Positions 9,903 to 21,419 of a stretch of 64,000 nt of DNA are shown here, piece after piece (the stretch's first letter is position 1; each line of letters opens with the position of its first letter). The notes below the pieces were generated by a model. That model was not told the DNA's origin. It ran no database searches and worked only from the letters and a program-made list of their open reading frames with translations. The DNA comes from a virus (lineage: Duplodnaviria > Heunggongvirae > Uroviricota > Caudoviricetes), in the IMG/VR virus record IMGVR_UViG_3300036670_000258, positions 33,412-97,411 of that record; one strand, given 5' to 3'. A program made the translations under genes and the position numbers.

Positions 9903-12170
9903 TTAACGTGTGCTTTCTTGATTAGGTACACACTCATTAGGAAAATTAATAGTACCATTGAATGCGTTAATTAATGCATTCTTATTTTCTAAATCACTAT
10001 TAATCATTTCATTTAAATAAATTCTTTTAAATGGATAACTGCTTCCAGGTGCCGGTTGACTAATTACGCTAACTAGTCCAGGTGTTTCATTTAATATCCT
10101 GGCATAATTTATAGGAACATATACTAATAATGAGTTATCATGTACAAATACAAGATCAGCTATTATACTAGTATCATACTCTACAAATGATTCTCTAGAC
10201 AATATAGAAGCACCACATGCTGACGGGGTATTAGTAACATTATTAAATCCAGTTACTCCATTTCCCACTGATATTGAAATAATAAAATTTTTAGTAAAAA
10301 TAACACCTTCGAATTGACTTCCGTTCCAATATCTTCTTTTTCCAGTAGAAGTGCTACGATACCATCCCCTGTCCGCATTTAATAAAGAATCATTATTATC
10401 ACGCAAAACTGTGGCGTTTTCAAATAAAACAGTATCTATAGAATAATTTAATCCAGGAAGAAAAGAATAATTACCATTAATTCCATCAACTCTCATTGAA
10501 TATCCTAAAGAAGTAGTTTCATATTGTTCAAAGGCACAATATACTTCACCTGAAAATGTAAGACTTCTAGGATTCCAAAATCGCACGGAGTTATCTGTTA
10601 AATCTATATAGTATCCGAGGGGTGCAAGATTTGTTGTTCCTGCATTATATAGATATGTTTCTTCTAATGTTTCGCGAAACGTACTCCATGTACCTGGTTC
10701 TCCGTTCCATGTGTATTCAATAGATGAGCTTACTTTACATATTTCACCCGAATCATTATTAAAACTATATCCTAATGATATACTATTAGTAACAGGTGGC
10801 TCCGATACATTATCTGACACTGACCATATTAAATTATCATTTTCTAAATAAACAATATGAATCATTTTACTAACGTATGCATTTACGTTTGTACTTCCAT
10901 CTTGAAGTCCAAACGTAAAGGTGTCATTTGCTGAAATAGCATCATCATTACTCTGAAACACATTATCAAAAGAAACATTATATACTCCATTGGATTCAAC
11001 TGCTGCTAATGATATATCATACCCTGCCATAATAATAGAAGTACCGTCTCCGCCTAATACAATCTCGTTTTGATCTCCTTCATTAGAAGATATAGTATAT
11101 TGAAAAGAATTTAGATTTGGTGTTGAATATGAGTTAACACCATTTTCTATTTCCCATGATAATCCATTGCACAAATACCATCCAGCGTATTGTGTATTAG
11201 GAATTCCTCTTCCATACCTATTACGCAATACCGGTAATGGATTCCCACTCTGTGATATTACTTCATTAAGATAAAAATTAGATGAGTTAAACTCATTTTC
11301 TCTAATTGAAATAATAGATCCTATTGGAAAACTACCAAACAGAGAGTTTTTATCTTTCCATGTAACGGTACCATTTGCATCGCCTGAAACTAATACATCT
11401 CCTTCAGTTGCGTTTACATTAAACTGAAACTCAGCGTTTGCCCTTGACAATTTATCAGGAAATCTACTTAATTCAGCAAAACTTTCACGAATAGTATTAC
11501 CGATTACTATATTTAAATCACATATACTATGACTTAATGCGTTTAGAATATCAAGAGTATCTCCTACTGATTTAATTATAGTACTATTAGATATTATAAT
11601 CTGCTTAAATCCGGCGTCTGCTGTTACTATTTTTCCAATATGTAGCGTTTGACGTTCAATGTTGTCTATTACTTGAACATCCAGTTTAAAGTCAGAAACT
11701 TTAGTTTCGCTCTGTAATCTTAAATTAATTTTTGAAGGACTTGAAGATGCCACATTACCAATTACAACATATTCTCTAGAAGATGTTGCGGTATTATATT
11801 CTGCATTGTTTATATCAAATCCAATCTTAAGTGTTACCGGACTTATGTTTTGAATACTGTTTACATTATATTTAGGTATTAAATAAGAAATTCCACTATT
11901 TGCCTCTAATCTATATGTCCATACATCCTCTGTTGAATATCCTTTAACCCCTTGATATCCATCAACACCTTGATATCCTTTAACCCCTTGCATTCCTAAA
12001 GGTCCGGGATTACCGTCATATCCTAATATACCCCGGGGTCCTGCAACCCCTCCACCTGTCATTTGACTAAAATTATAATTAATCTTACTAATTTTATCAA
12101 TTGACCACCACGTGGCCTCATTTGGATTCAAGTCACTTGCAAATAATTCTTTAATATTAATAGTAGCCAT
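9903..12170 (-). CDS. tail fiber-like protein, paralog of 7564..9864
   Basis: KINYNFSQ N-motif, GPRGILGYDG... collagen segment, PIGSIISI...GWYLCNG...PNLNSF collar. Confidence 0.7.
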   Translation of the reverse strand: MATINIKELFASDLNPNEATWWSIDKISKINYNFSQMTGGGVAGPRGILGYDGNPGPLGMQGVKGYQGVDGYQGVKGYSTEDVWTYRLEANSGISYLIPKYNVNSIQNISPVTLKIGFDINNAEYNTATSSREYVVIGNVASSSPSKINLRLQSETKVSDFKLDVQVIDNIERQTLHIGKIVTADAGFKQIIISNSTIIKSVGDTLDILNALSHSICDLNIVIGNTIRESFAELSRFPDKLSRANAEFQFNVNATEGDVLVSGDANGTVTWKDKNSLFGSFPIGSIISIRENEFNSSNFYLNEVISQSGNPLPVLRNRYGRGIPNTQYAGWYLCNGLSWEIENGVNSYSTPNLNSFQYTISSNEGDQNEIVLGGDGTSIIMAGYDISLAAVESNGVYNVSFDNVFQSNDDAISANDTFTFGLQDGSTNVNAYVSKMIHIVYLENDNLIWSVSDNVSEPPVTNSISLGYSFNNDSGEICKVSSSIEYTWNGEPGTWSTFRETLEETYLYNAGTTNLAPLGYYIDLTDNSVRFWNPRSLTFSGEVYCAFEQYETTSLGYSMRVDGINGNYSFLPGLNYSIDTVLFENATVLRDNNDSLLNADRGWYRSTSTGKRRYWNGSQFEGVIFTKNFIISISVGNGVTGFNNVTNTPSACGASILSRESFVEYDTSIIADLVFVHDNSLLVYVPINYARILNETPGLVSVISQPAPGSSYPFKRIYLNEMINSDLENKNALINAFNGTINFPNECVPNQESTR

Positions 12171-12173
12171 TAA

Positions 12174-15100
12174 TTATGATTGTATTTTAACATGGATTTT
12201 AAAATTATATGAATATCCAATTATTTTATTATATATTAATCTAAAACTTAAACCGTCCTTTTGATAACTTAAAATGTTAAAATTAGTAAGTTTAACAAAT
12301 CCGTTTTTATTTAAATCATCAACATTATCGACCGATACGAATGATGTTGATAAATCCTTTCCCTTAGTTCCATAAATATCTATTAAATCTATGATGAAAC
12401 GTGGAATTATGTTTCCATCGGTATATACCTTTAAATCGTCATCTATGGTAGTTTCATTACCATATGATAATGAAGGCACGACATACTTTCCAAAACTCTC
12501 TTGAATTCCATCTTCTATTAATTCCTGCAAAATAGCAAAAGGCAAATAAACGTCCATTAACACTTGCGCATTATCCTCATACCAATGAATTGAATTTGTA
12601 TTTAGACTATTTAATCTAATGTTATCAAGTATCTCAATTGTATTTTCCTTTTTATTAGTATATCGAGTAATATCATATGATTCTTTAACTTTCATAATAG
12701 TTGAAGCCATAAAGTTCTTTTTTTCTATTGGACTTAGAGTTCCGCTTACTAATTTTATAAATCCACCCGGCAACGCCTTCGTAAAAAAATTGCTTGAATA
12801 CTTAGATTTAAAAAGGTTAAGCTTCTTTTTATCAATTGCTATTTCTCCAATTAAAGGATATATTGGCAACTTATCAGAAGTACGTGACAATTTTAATATG
12901 TTTTTAGAATTTTCATCATTCACTTTGTGATAAAAATAGTTATTTATAAATCCATAATCTTCTCTATTGTTTTTATATGAATCAAATGCTATTCCAAGAT
13001 CATTGAATTTTTTATACATTAATATATTTCTTTCGGTTGAATTAATATTAACTTTATTAAAAGAATATCCATCCCCGAATGTAATTACACTATTAAATAA
13101 AGGATCATATTCACCGTTCATTCTTCGCAATATGGTAAGATATCCTCCATCCTTTCTATTTGATATTATGCTTCCAATTTCACCTGAGAATAATTGATAC
13201 GCCCTTGGTTTGTCAGGGTCGCTTGTGGCGGTAACTATTGACGGTTTAATTATGTTAACACCTGATTCTATTGACAATGAGTATGCGTTGTTAATTATAT
13301 TACCTTTTTCTTCTATCGTAATATACTCTATGTTTTCAAATTTATTAAACTTGTTAGCAAATTTATAAGCATTAATTTCATTTAATAGAACATTAAATCC
13401 ATTTTTTCCTCCTTTATAATATTTAAAATTAGTAAGAGGAATTAGTTGAATATCTTCTACATTCATTCTAATACCTTCAGCCTGTCCTGTTTGTGTATTA
13501 AATTTCCATGGAATACCAGCTATCGTTATTTGGGTATCATCAATTACATTTATCACCTTTACTGCATAGGTATCCCCTTCGGCTTTGAAATAAATCCAAG
13601 AAAAATCTCCATTTTCGTCAACAGTTATGTATTTTGTAAATTCAGCAGGAAATGGTGTAATTTCAGAAGATCTAATAACAGTAGGTTGGTTAGGATAACT
13701 ATTACTAAATTCAGCATGATTTAGTGAAAAATCAATCCAAAATGGAATTTCGTTGTCTATAATTTCTTCTTCTAACTTAATATCATTTAATGTATATAAT
13801 AAATGTCTATCAATATCCGATACGTCATTATCTACTACATTTACTGTTATATAAATACATATAAACTCAAACTTTTCATTTTTAATAGACTTAATGTTTA
13901 CAGAATTATTAGTGATAAGGTTGTCATCGACATCTCTGTCTTTATAATATGATAACACAACTCCAAACTTATAATTATTAATATTTGAATCATTTATGAA
14001 CTCTGTTGGAAATTCACTTACATTTTCTTTTCTTTTTAAATATTCATATCTAAGCCCTCTAAACACAGTAGAAGAATTCTTTTCTAAATTTCCTATATTA
14101 AATTTGCTCCATAAAACCTTCATGGCATTGTCATGCCATATTTGATCAGCTGAGTTGTAATATCCGTTCCAATTAAAATGACTTTTAAAATAATCAAAAT
14201 CTGTACTTTTTAATTTTTCAATAGTCAATCCTCCATCATCAGCAAAGTCAACATAATTATTAAAATCAAACCCATTTTCTACTAGATTATTTCGCAGACT
14301 ACTAGGTATTTTATTAATTAAAAAATGCTCCATATTCATGAATTCAACATTTCTATTTGAATCTATTTCAATATTAGGCGATAAATTGTCTTCACCAAAC
14401 GCTTCATATGCGTTTAATATATATGGCAAGTTTCTTGCGTTTAATGCGTCTTTTAATTTAAACTTATTAATAGTTGGAACTATTCTACTTCTTAAAGAAG
14501 TCTCTTTCAAACTATTTTCTCGTAGTCTGTCATATTCATTATTTACATAATTTTCTAAAATAGTTTCATCCGTGATTAATTCATTTCCTAGAACAGAGTT
14601 TAGTCCAGCATACGTTGTTTGTTTTTCATTAGGATGCGAATAAACATCTAAAGATAAATCACCTAGATCTGAATTACGTGTAGAATAAAAATCAAAATCA
14701 AAGTCTTTAAAGTCATACGCAGCAAATCTTCCATGTGAAGTTTTATAGACATCATATATTTCAAAAACGTTATCATTTGAAACAGAAACTACCGAATTTA
14801 AAATAATTCTATAAAAGTCTTTAATGATAGGATCTTTTTCAATTTCAATAATCTGTATATAATTATCCTTATTTTTTTGCTTTACCCATTCTCCGACATT
14901 TACGTTTCCGATTTCACTTGATTTCACTAGGATGGATTGACCTTCCCTGGAACCACCTACCATTGAGTATATATCCCATTCACTAAATATAGTATCTTGA
15001 AAAGAAGAAGAGTCGGTAGCAAAAACCCTATACATATACTCACCATACACTTGACGGTATATATTATCTCCAATAATTACTAATGTAGAATTAGGAACCG

Positions 15101-17678
15101 TATTAGCAAAAAATACAGTACCGTCTCTATTTAGTACTATGGTTCTATATGACATTATCCCATTATATTCACTATATATTCCAGTAACTAGTAATTTATC
15201 ATCGAATACAATTGACATCGCATATACATTACCGTTAAATCCAGTTCCTGTATTAAACGACATGTCAACATCTCCATTATCTTGTAATTTTATAGCTCTA
15301 TTATGGATAACATCATTATATGTTGTAAAATATCCAAATGCATAGAAAGAAGATTCTCCTTTTATTCTATCTATAAGAATAGGTTTTATATTACCTACAT
15401 TAAAACCAGTTCCTCCATTAAAAGATAAATCTATTTCACCATTATCCAGTAGTTTTGTTATTCCAGTAGGAACTGTTATCCCCTTGTACTTTGTAAAATA
15501 TCCTGTTACAAACATACTGTTGTCAGGATTGCTAAGGACATCGATGGTAAACTTATCAAATCCATCACCTACATTAAATGTTGGATCAAACGCACCATTA
15601 GGCGTTAACCTTATTAACTTATTAGAATAATTTCCATTATATGTACTAAACGTACCTGTAACTATTATTCTGCCTACACTATCTATTTCTGATTTTGTTG
15701 TATAGCTATTAAACCCACTACCCTGTATAAACGAATTATCTATCGATCCATCTGTATTAATTCTTACTATATTTTTCACTGTATTTCCACCGAAAGATGA
15801 AAACAATCCACACACTATTATTTTTTTATCAAGTTGCTCTGTTATAGAAAATGTACTATATACCGTTGCAACTATACCACTTCCAATATTAAAACTACTA
15901 TCTATTGATAGATCCTTATTAACTTTAATTAAGTTACTACTGTCAAATGAATTAGTACTATCACTATATCCATTAAATCCTCCATAAAAATAAGAATAAG
16001 AAGAATTGCCAATGGTGTCTGTGAAATAAAAACTATTTAGAGGCAAAAATCCATAATCAGTTGGTAATATATCGTCTTGGGATGGAACTATTGAATCTAT
16101 TAACCCAATATTATTTAGTTCACCTGCCGTAACTTCAATAAAATCAACTAAATTAGAATTATATACACCCAATGCATTTTGCATTCTATCATTACCCGCT
16201 GCATAATCCTCTATTGTAATAGAATTACCTGAAACATAAACATTATATGTTATAATTTCTCCGTTCTTAATTGCCTGTGCCATGGCAATTGCAATTTGCT
16301 GAAAACTCCCTACACTAGAGAATTTATTTTTAATGGCTCTCCCTGCTGGAATTGCCGAACTAGCTATTATTAAATAATCACCTAAATTATAATCAGATAT
16401 TTTTATTTCGTTTTTATCTCCTATAAAAATCTTATCATTATCGCTAGGTGTATCTGTGATTGTTATCTTGTAAAATCCTCTTGGATTTGGAATAATAGAT
16501 TCAGATATAATTTTTTTGCCGTTTCTAGAAAATCCATTAAACAGTGATTCTTTACTTTTATTTAATTCGACTAGCATTCTATAATTCGGAATTGATTTAC
16601 TTCCATTTAAGTTATAATACTGACCTTCTTTATCCTTAATGTATCTTAAAAAAGGTATATTGAAATCATTTCCAGAAGGTATCATATCGAATGGAACTAA
16701 TGATGTGTCATTTAAATTATATGTAGTTTCATAACTATTATCTTTAATAAATACTTCTCCTCTATTTGTTATACTGTCTATTTTGAATGTTCCTTCATCT
16801 ATATCGTCTACATATATTCCAAAATATCTGTATATCTTATAATCATCGGCAACATTATCGTCAAACAAGAACTCCAGATTTATTATATTGGCAGAAATCA
16901 AACCGTTTCTTTCAAACCCATTTGTTATAATTTCATTACTAAAAATTTCAGGATAATCTACTTGTGTGTAATATTTATCAAGTTGTTCATTTTTAGTAGC
17001 AAATCCTCCATTAACAATGTCTATTCCATTAAAAGAAGACATCGAACCTTCACCGAAATTAATACTAATTGAAGATCTAGGAAAGAGTTTTTCGTTAACA
17101 TGATTATTTAAATACTCTCCTATTTTTGAAGAATTTCCTAAATCAAATGTTTTAACAATTGATGCCTTTTTTAAAAGTTCCAAAATTCTAGAATTTTGAC
17201 CTACTGTATTTTCTTCGTAGTTTGAATTATAATCAACATCTTCTACTCGGTATATTACGAACTTACTAGGCACTTTTTTCTCTAACCATATTGGAGCAAA
17301 TATTTTGTATTGTTCGTCATATAGTTTAGTAGAATTAAAAGCAGCGCCATAATTATATTGATCCTCATACTGAAATTCATAGCTTGAATAAACAGCATTG
17401 TCGTCAAATAATCTAAGAGTTTGGTATATTGAAGTAGTGGCTAAGTCTCTAAAGAATTTAGAGATATCATATGAATATTTACCAAATGAAGAAACTTCGA
17501 ACTTTTGATACTCTATGCTTGAAAGTTCCTTGTTCGCTTTAAATGCACTCAAGTACAAATCACCAATAGAGTTAACAAGTAGCTTTACATTACTTGTTAA
17601 CTTTGGATTAGTTCTTAATATAGCAAAGGATTTGCTATCTACTGAATTGTTTTCAATATTTGTATTTATAGTAGACAT
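12174..17678 (-). CDS. very large putative virion protein with internal beta-propeller (delta-60-like) repeats
   Basis: 1834 aa; structural block; repeated IDxSF-xGxGF units in the middle. Confidence 0.6.
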   Translation of the reverse strand: MSTINTNIENNSVDSKSFAILRTNPKLTSNVKLLVNSIGDLYLSAFKANKELSSIEYQKFEVSSFGKYSYDISKFFRDLATTSIYQTLRLFDDNAVYSSYEFQYEDQYNYGAAFNSTKLYDEQYKIFAPIWLEKKVPSKFVIYRVEDVDYNSNYEENTVGQNSRILELLKKASIVKTFDLGNSSKIGEYLNNHVNEKLFPRSSISINFGEGSMSSFNGIDIVNGGFATKNEQLDKYYTQVDYPEIFSNEIITNGFERNGLISANIINLEFLFDDNVADDYKIYRYFGIYVDDIDEGTFKIDSITNRGEVFIKDNSYETTYNLNDTSLVPFDMIPSGNDFNIPFLRYIKDKEGQYYNLNGSKSIPNYRMLVELNKSKESLFNGFSRNGKKIISESIIPNPRGFYKITITDTPSDNDKIFIGDKNEIKISDYNLGDYLIIASSAIPAGRAIKNKFSSVGSFQQIAIAMAQAIKNGEIITYNVYVSGNSITIEDYAAGNDRMQNALGVYNSNLVDFIEVTAGELNNIGLIDSIVPSQDDILPTDYGFLPLNSFYFTDTIGNSSYSYFYGGFNGYSDSTNSFDSSNLIKVNKDLSIDSSFNIGSGIVATVYSTFSITEQLDKKIIVCGLFSSFGGNTVKNIVRINTDGSIDNSFIQGSGFNSYTTKSEIDSVGRIIVTGTFSTYNGNYSNKLIRLTPNGAFDPTFNVGDGFDKFTIDVLSNPDNSMFVTGYFTKYKGITVPTGITKLLDNGEIDLSFNGGTGFNVGNIKPILIDRIKGESSFYAFGYFTTYNDVIHNRAIKLQDNGDVDMSFNTGTGFNGNVYAMSIVFDDKLLVTGIYSEYNGIMSYRTIVLNRDGTVFFANTVPNSTLVIIGDNIYRQVYGEYMYRVFATDSSSFQDTIFSEWDIYSMVGGSREGQSILVKSSEIGNVNVGEWVKQKNKDNYIQIIEIEKDPIIKDFYRIILNSVVSVSNDNVFEIYDVYKTSHGRFAAYDFKDFDFDFYSTRNSDLGDLSLDVYSHPNEKQTTYAGLNSVLGNELITDETILENYVNNEYDRLRENSLKETSLRSRIVPTINKFKLKDALNARNLPYILNAYEAFGEDNLSPNIEIDSNRNVEFMNMEHFLINKIPSSLRNNLVENGFDFNNYVDFADDGGLTIEKLKSTDFDYFKSHFNWNGYYNSADQIWHDNAMKVLWSKFNIGNLEKNSSTVFRGLRYEYLKRKENVSEFPTEFINDSNINNYKFGVVLSYYKDRDVDDNLITNNSVNIKSIKNEKFEFICIYITVNVVDNDVSDIDRHLLYTLNDIKLEEEIIDNEIPFWIDFSLNHAEFSNSYPNQPTVIRSSEITPFPAEFTKYITVDENGDFSWIYFKAEGDTYAVKVINVIDDTQITIAGIPWKFNTQTGQAEGIRMNVEDIQLIPLTNFKYYKGGKNGFNVLLNEINAYKFANKFNKFENIEYITIEEKGNIINNAYSLSIESGVNIIKPSIVTATSDPDKPRAYQLFSGEIGSIISNRKDGGYLTILRRMNGEYDPLFNSVITFGDGYSFNKVNINSTERNILMYKKFNDLGIAFDSYKNNREDYGFINNYFYHKVNDENSKNILKLSRTSDKLPIYPLIGEIAIDKKKLNLFKSKYSSNFFTKALPGGFIKLVSGTLSPIEKKNFMASTIMKVKESYDITRYTNKKENTIEILDNIRLNSLNTNSIHWYEDNAQVLMDVYLPFAILQELIEDGIQESFGKYVVPSLSYGNETTIDDDLKVYTDGNIIPRFIIDLIDIYGTKGKDLSTSFVSVDNVDDLNKNGFVKLTNFNILSYQKDGLSFRLIYNKIIGYSYNFKIHVKIQS
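15100..15930 (-). repeat. delta-60-like beta-propeller repeats (about 5 clear plus 1 degenerate)
   Basis: DLSIDSSFNIGSG, DGSIDNSFIQGSGF, NGAFDPTFNVGDGF, NGEIDLSFNGGTGF, NGDVDMSFNTGTGF at ~55-60-aa period; boundaries approximate. Confidence 0.75.
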
Positions 17679-17746
17679 GTATGATATTCTTTTGTTTAGA
17701 TTATATATCCTAATTATAAGAATATCTAATCAAAAAATATCTTATA

Positions 17747-20700
17747 CTATTGTATTTCCGGATATGCGAAATTTGTAGTATTATCGGTCAAGTACTTTCT
17801 TCTTCCTGAATTAGTAGAAGACGAACTATTATCAAAATTTGTATTATAATTAGATAACATAGAACTCGTTATATTGTTTATATTTTTACCCTGTGTTGTA
17901 TATTTAGAATAAACTTCAATATCAAATTGAAAGCTATTTCCTCCGAAATCTAAGATATCTATACCTATTTTTTTAGAGTATGTTAGATTTGTAAAAATAG
18001 AAGATATAACTCCAGCAATTCTACCAGTTCCATTATCTCCGGCTCCATAATAATCTGTCATTCTGTATTGAAAAATCAAATCAACAACAACAGAATTAGC
18101 CTTTCCACCTGGTATTATTTTTTTACCTCTCTTATTATCCGCATCAACTATTAGTGAATCTACATTAAGAGGAGAAACATATAGAAAAGATCCACATGAC
18201 TTTCCACCTAATAGATATTGATCATCTGGCGAAAATCCAGTAATAGCAGTCGATCTAAGTCCTAATGTATTTAAATTATTCTTTGTCTCTATTATTCTTA
18301 ATGGTGTTTGTTTTTTACCATTAGCATCTGTTGATTTTAGAGGAGCTGTTTTTGGCATTCCTACCATTCCATTGCTAATAATACTAATAGCAGATATGTT
18401 ACCATTTAATAATAATGGATGATTAATATGCATAAATATACCGTTACTATATATCGCATTAGTTACATTAAAAACCGAAGTTCTTTTTGCTAATTGATTT
18501 CCATCAAAATCTCCAGTCCATATAAAATCATCAGGACTTACTGTACTTGGCCATGGTGTAATAGTTGAGCTGTTAAAATTAGTAATTTTAGAAACTCCAC
18601 TGATTGTTGGAACCGTATTATAATTAAATGAAAGTCCATACTCGTACGAATCATATCCATATCCATATCCTTCGCCAGAAGAATCCGGATTAATGTCTCC
18701 ATTATCACCTTCGTTGATTACATATAGGTTTTCATCATTTGCTAGGTTTTTAAATCTAGAATAAATAAATTGTCCCTTTAATTGGGTAGATTGGCTTGGC
18801 CCAATATTAAAATATGTTTTATCATAAGCGGACCCTGCTATATTTGGAACGTTCTGATACATTACCGGAACTAAATCGTATTTAGCTTCTCCAGTATAAT
18901 ATGAATCGTTACTATATGATTCTTCAGGAGTTCCGTCCCCTAGTCCAAATATCACATTACTAGAAGATACTGGCAATGCTTTAGAAGTATCTCCAATTAT
19001 TCTAGCAATTAATTCAAGATTAGTTGCCTTTGTATTTGAAAGTTCTATTTTAAAATTCTTTGAGACAATAAATCCCTTTCCACCTGTTGTAGGAATTTCA
19101 TTTACATAATATCCAGCAAACAATTGAACCGTCGTGTTATTCGTAACCTGTGTTACATTACCTGATTCGTCAATAATTCTTACTAATAATTCCCCCAGTG
19201 TTCCCTCTATCACTGCACGTAAACTCAGCACTTCGTTTTGAAGTTCAAGTAGTTTTTCGTATACTGATATAGGATTTTGTTGAGATGTTAAAAAACCAGA
19301 TGCAAGTGAGTTAGCACTATGTGCATATGTTTTCTCATCTACTTTAAATGATTCAGCAACGTGTGAATATACTCCTATGGAATCTAAGTCTTGTTGAATT
19401 TGAACCCGCAGTGCATCCATTTCGTTAGTCTTAATAACTGAAGCCATTTCGTCAGTGTTAACTTCTCCTTGTGGAAATTCAAATTTATAAATTTCTGACC
19501 AAGATGATTCAATTGGATTTGCAGGAAATCCTGCCTCAGAAACCGACTTAATCATAAATTCAACAACTTCTCCTGGATTAATTGAAACATCAATCGAGTT
19601 AAAGTTTACTGCGTCAGCATCCTCTTCACTTTCTATAATCCAGGAATAAATTCCCAAACTATTTAATTTTCTTTTTCTAACTGGACCTAATACTTCTACC
19701 CAATTCGAAAAGGCAGCTGTTTTTTCAGTAGAATTAGTTTCATCTTTAAATTTAATCTGATCGATTATTGCAGTCTTACCCGAAGTAGATGCATATCTAT
19801 ATCTAATTCTAAATTGTACAACTTCTTGTGAAACTTCATTTCCTATTTTCTTAGGCTCAGGTATTGACCAGAAACCCCTCATTCTATATTTAGGTGATAC
19901 TGTTTGCAAGTCAGAAGATTCTGCTGAAGATTTAATTTCAGTAATTATAGATGAAAATAACTTAGATTCAGTTTCCTTTTGTAATACTAAAGAGCTAAGC
20001 TCGTTCATGTTAACATCCTTTTCCGCAGATGAATTAAACTTCTTTGTGTTAATTAAAGATTTTTTTTGTTTAATAGATTCATCTAATCTTTTTAAAGATT
20101 GCTCTGTTGAAATTTTATCAGATTTCAACTGCTTAATTTTATCAGTAGTTGAGTTATCAGTAAGGTGTTTATTAACCTGAACTACTTTAAAATTTGAAGT
20201 AGTAATAACAGGTGAATTCGGTACTATTCCGACAGATGAAGGTGGAATGTAATCTACCTTTAATGATTTAATAAATTGACCAAAATCAGAAACTTCATTT
20301 TTATAGTATGCAGCGAGTGTCATACTATTTCCTGTAGAATTTACTATCTCTAATTCATTTGAATAGAAAGAAACACCAGGTGAAAAGTATTCTGCCGGAA
20401 TTTTTGAAGTAGGATCGATTGGCTTAACAAAAATTATTTGTCTTTCATTAAATCCTACCTTTATTTCTATATTAAGATTTGTATCTACGTCCTTATAGAT
20501 TCCTAACTGATTAGCTCCTAATTTAATAGATTCAAAACCTTCTAATAATAAAAGTTCTAATTGTGAAGTTGCACTGTCAATAGAAACAACTTGATATCTT
20601 GTTCTGTATTTTCCAGAATTAACAATTAATGAATCATTTATCTTTAGTGTCTCTGTGTCCTTTAGCACCTTATTGGTATCTGTATATGATAATTTGTTAA

Positions 20701-21418
20701 CTGTAAATAATTTAACAGTTTTTGTTGAAGTTACACCATTAACGATAAAGTTCTTTTCAATATTTTCTACCCTAATAACATCAAACAATCCTGCGTATTG
20801 AATCATTCTCATTGGCATGTTTAATACCTCAGAATCTATAGTGTATACATATGCATTGTCTATTAATTGAGTTTTAAAAAGTGAGTAATCTATTTCACTC
20901 TCTCCTTTATATATTTCATCGAAATCTGTAACAGTTCTTAAATCACTTTCATTAAAAATATATCTTTCAACATATACTTTTTCGGTTTCAACTGGAATTT
21001 GTCCAGTAACATCTAAGTTAATTACAAGCAAAGGATTTAAAAAATCTTCGAAAAAAGCGTTTAACTTTGTATTAAATGTAGTCGGAGAGTCAAGTGATGT
21101 TATAGAAGGAGATGGTCCTTTTAATCTAGAGGTATGGACGGCTCTAATTGAACCATCTTTAAGTCTAATATTAGCATTAGATCCCTCTAATCCACTTAGT
21201 GAATTAAGATTAATATTTAAACGTTCAATTTCTCTCTTTAAATATCCAAAAGCGGGTATTTGAATAGTTTGTGTTTTATTAGTGCTAGGATTAAACAAGT
21301 CAATAACCACGGTTTCTTTGTCTGTGGTTATTGCTTCATTAATTCTATTGAAAGTTTCTAGTGAATTTGTATTCAGTTCTAGAAATTGTTCAAGTAACTG
21401 TGATATTGAATTGCTCAT
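17747..21418 (-). CDS. large putative virion protein with coiled coil and Fn3-like segment
   Basis: 1223 aa; central coiled coil (KIKQLKSDK...), YRMRGFWSIP...VVQFRIRYRY; structural context. Confidence 0.5.
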   Translation of the reverse strand: MSNSISQLLEQFLELNTNSLETFNRINEAITTDKETVVIDLFNPSTNKTQTIQIPAFGYLKREIERLNINLNSLSGLEGSNANIRLKDGSIRAVHTSRLKGPSPSITSLDSPTTFNTKLNAFFEDFLNPLLVINLDVTGQIPVETEKVYVERYIFNESDLRTVTDFDEIYKGESEIDYSLFKTQLIDNAYVYTIDSEVLNMPMRMIQYAGLFDVIRVENIEKNFIVNGVTSTKTVKLFTVNKLSYTDTNKVLKDTETLKINDSLIVNSGKYRTRYQVVSIDSATSQLELLLLEGFESIKLGANQLGIYKDVDTNLNIEIKVGFNERQIIFVKPIDPTSKIPAEYFSPGVSFYSNELEIVNSTGNSMTLAAYYKNEVSDFGQFIKSLKVDYIPPSSVGIVPNSPVITTSNFKVVQVNKHLTDNSTTDKIKQLKSDKISTEQSLKRLDESIKQKKSLINTKKFNSSAEKDVNMNELSSLVLQKETESKLFSSIITEIKSSAESSDLQTVSPKYRMRGFWSIPEPKKIGNEVSQEVVQFRIRYRYASTSGKTAIIDQIKFKDETNSTEKTAAFSNWVEVLGPVRKRKLNSLGIYSWIIESEEDADAVNFNSIDVSINPGEVVEFMIKSVSEAGFPANPIESSWSEIYKFEFPQGEVNTDEMASVIKTNEMDALRVQIQQDLDSIGVYSHVAESFKVDEKTYAHSANSLASGFLTSQQNPISVYEKLLELQNEVLSLRAVIEGTLGELLVRIIDESGNVTQVTNNTTVQLFAGYYVNEIPTTGGKGFIVSKNFKIELSNTKATNLELIARIIGDTSKALPVSSSNVIFGLGDGTPEESYSNDSYYTGEAKYDLVPVMYQNVPNIAGSAYDKTYFNIGPSQSTQLKGQFIYSRFKNLANDENLYVINEGDNGDINPDSSGEGYGYGYDSYEYGLSFNYNTVPTISGVSKITNFNSSTITPWPSTVSPDDFIWTGDFDGNQLAKRTSVFNVTNAIYSNGIFMHINHPLLLNGNISAISIISNGMVGMPKTAPLKSTDANGKKQTPLRIIETKNNLNTLGLRSTAITGFSPDDQYLLGGKSCGSFLYVSPLNVDSLIVDADNKRGKKIIPGGKANSVVVDLIFQYRMTDYYGAGDNGTGRIAGVISSIFTNLTYSKKIGIDILDFGGNSFQFDIEVYSKYTTQGKNINNITSSMLSNYNTNFDNSSSSTNSGRRKYLTDNTTNFAYPEIQ

Positions 21419-21419
21419 A

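Noticed and set aside
7564-12170. Diversity-generating retroelement acting on the paralogous fibers
   Set aside because: No reverse transcriptase and no near-identical TR/VR pair with adenine-specific mismatches was seen; the similarity is at protein level only.
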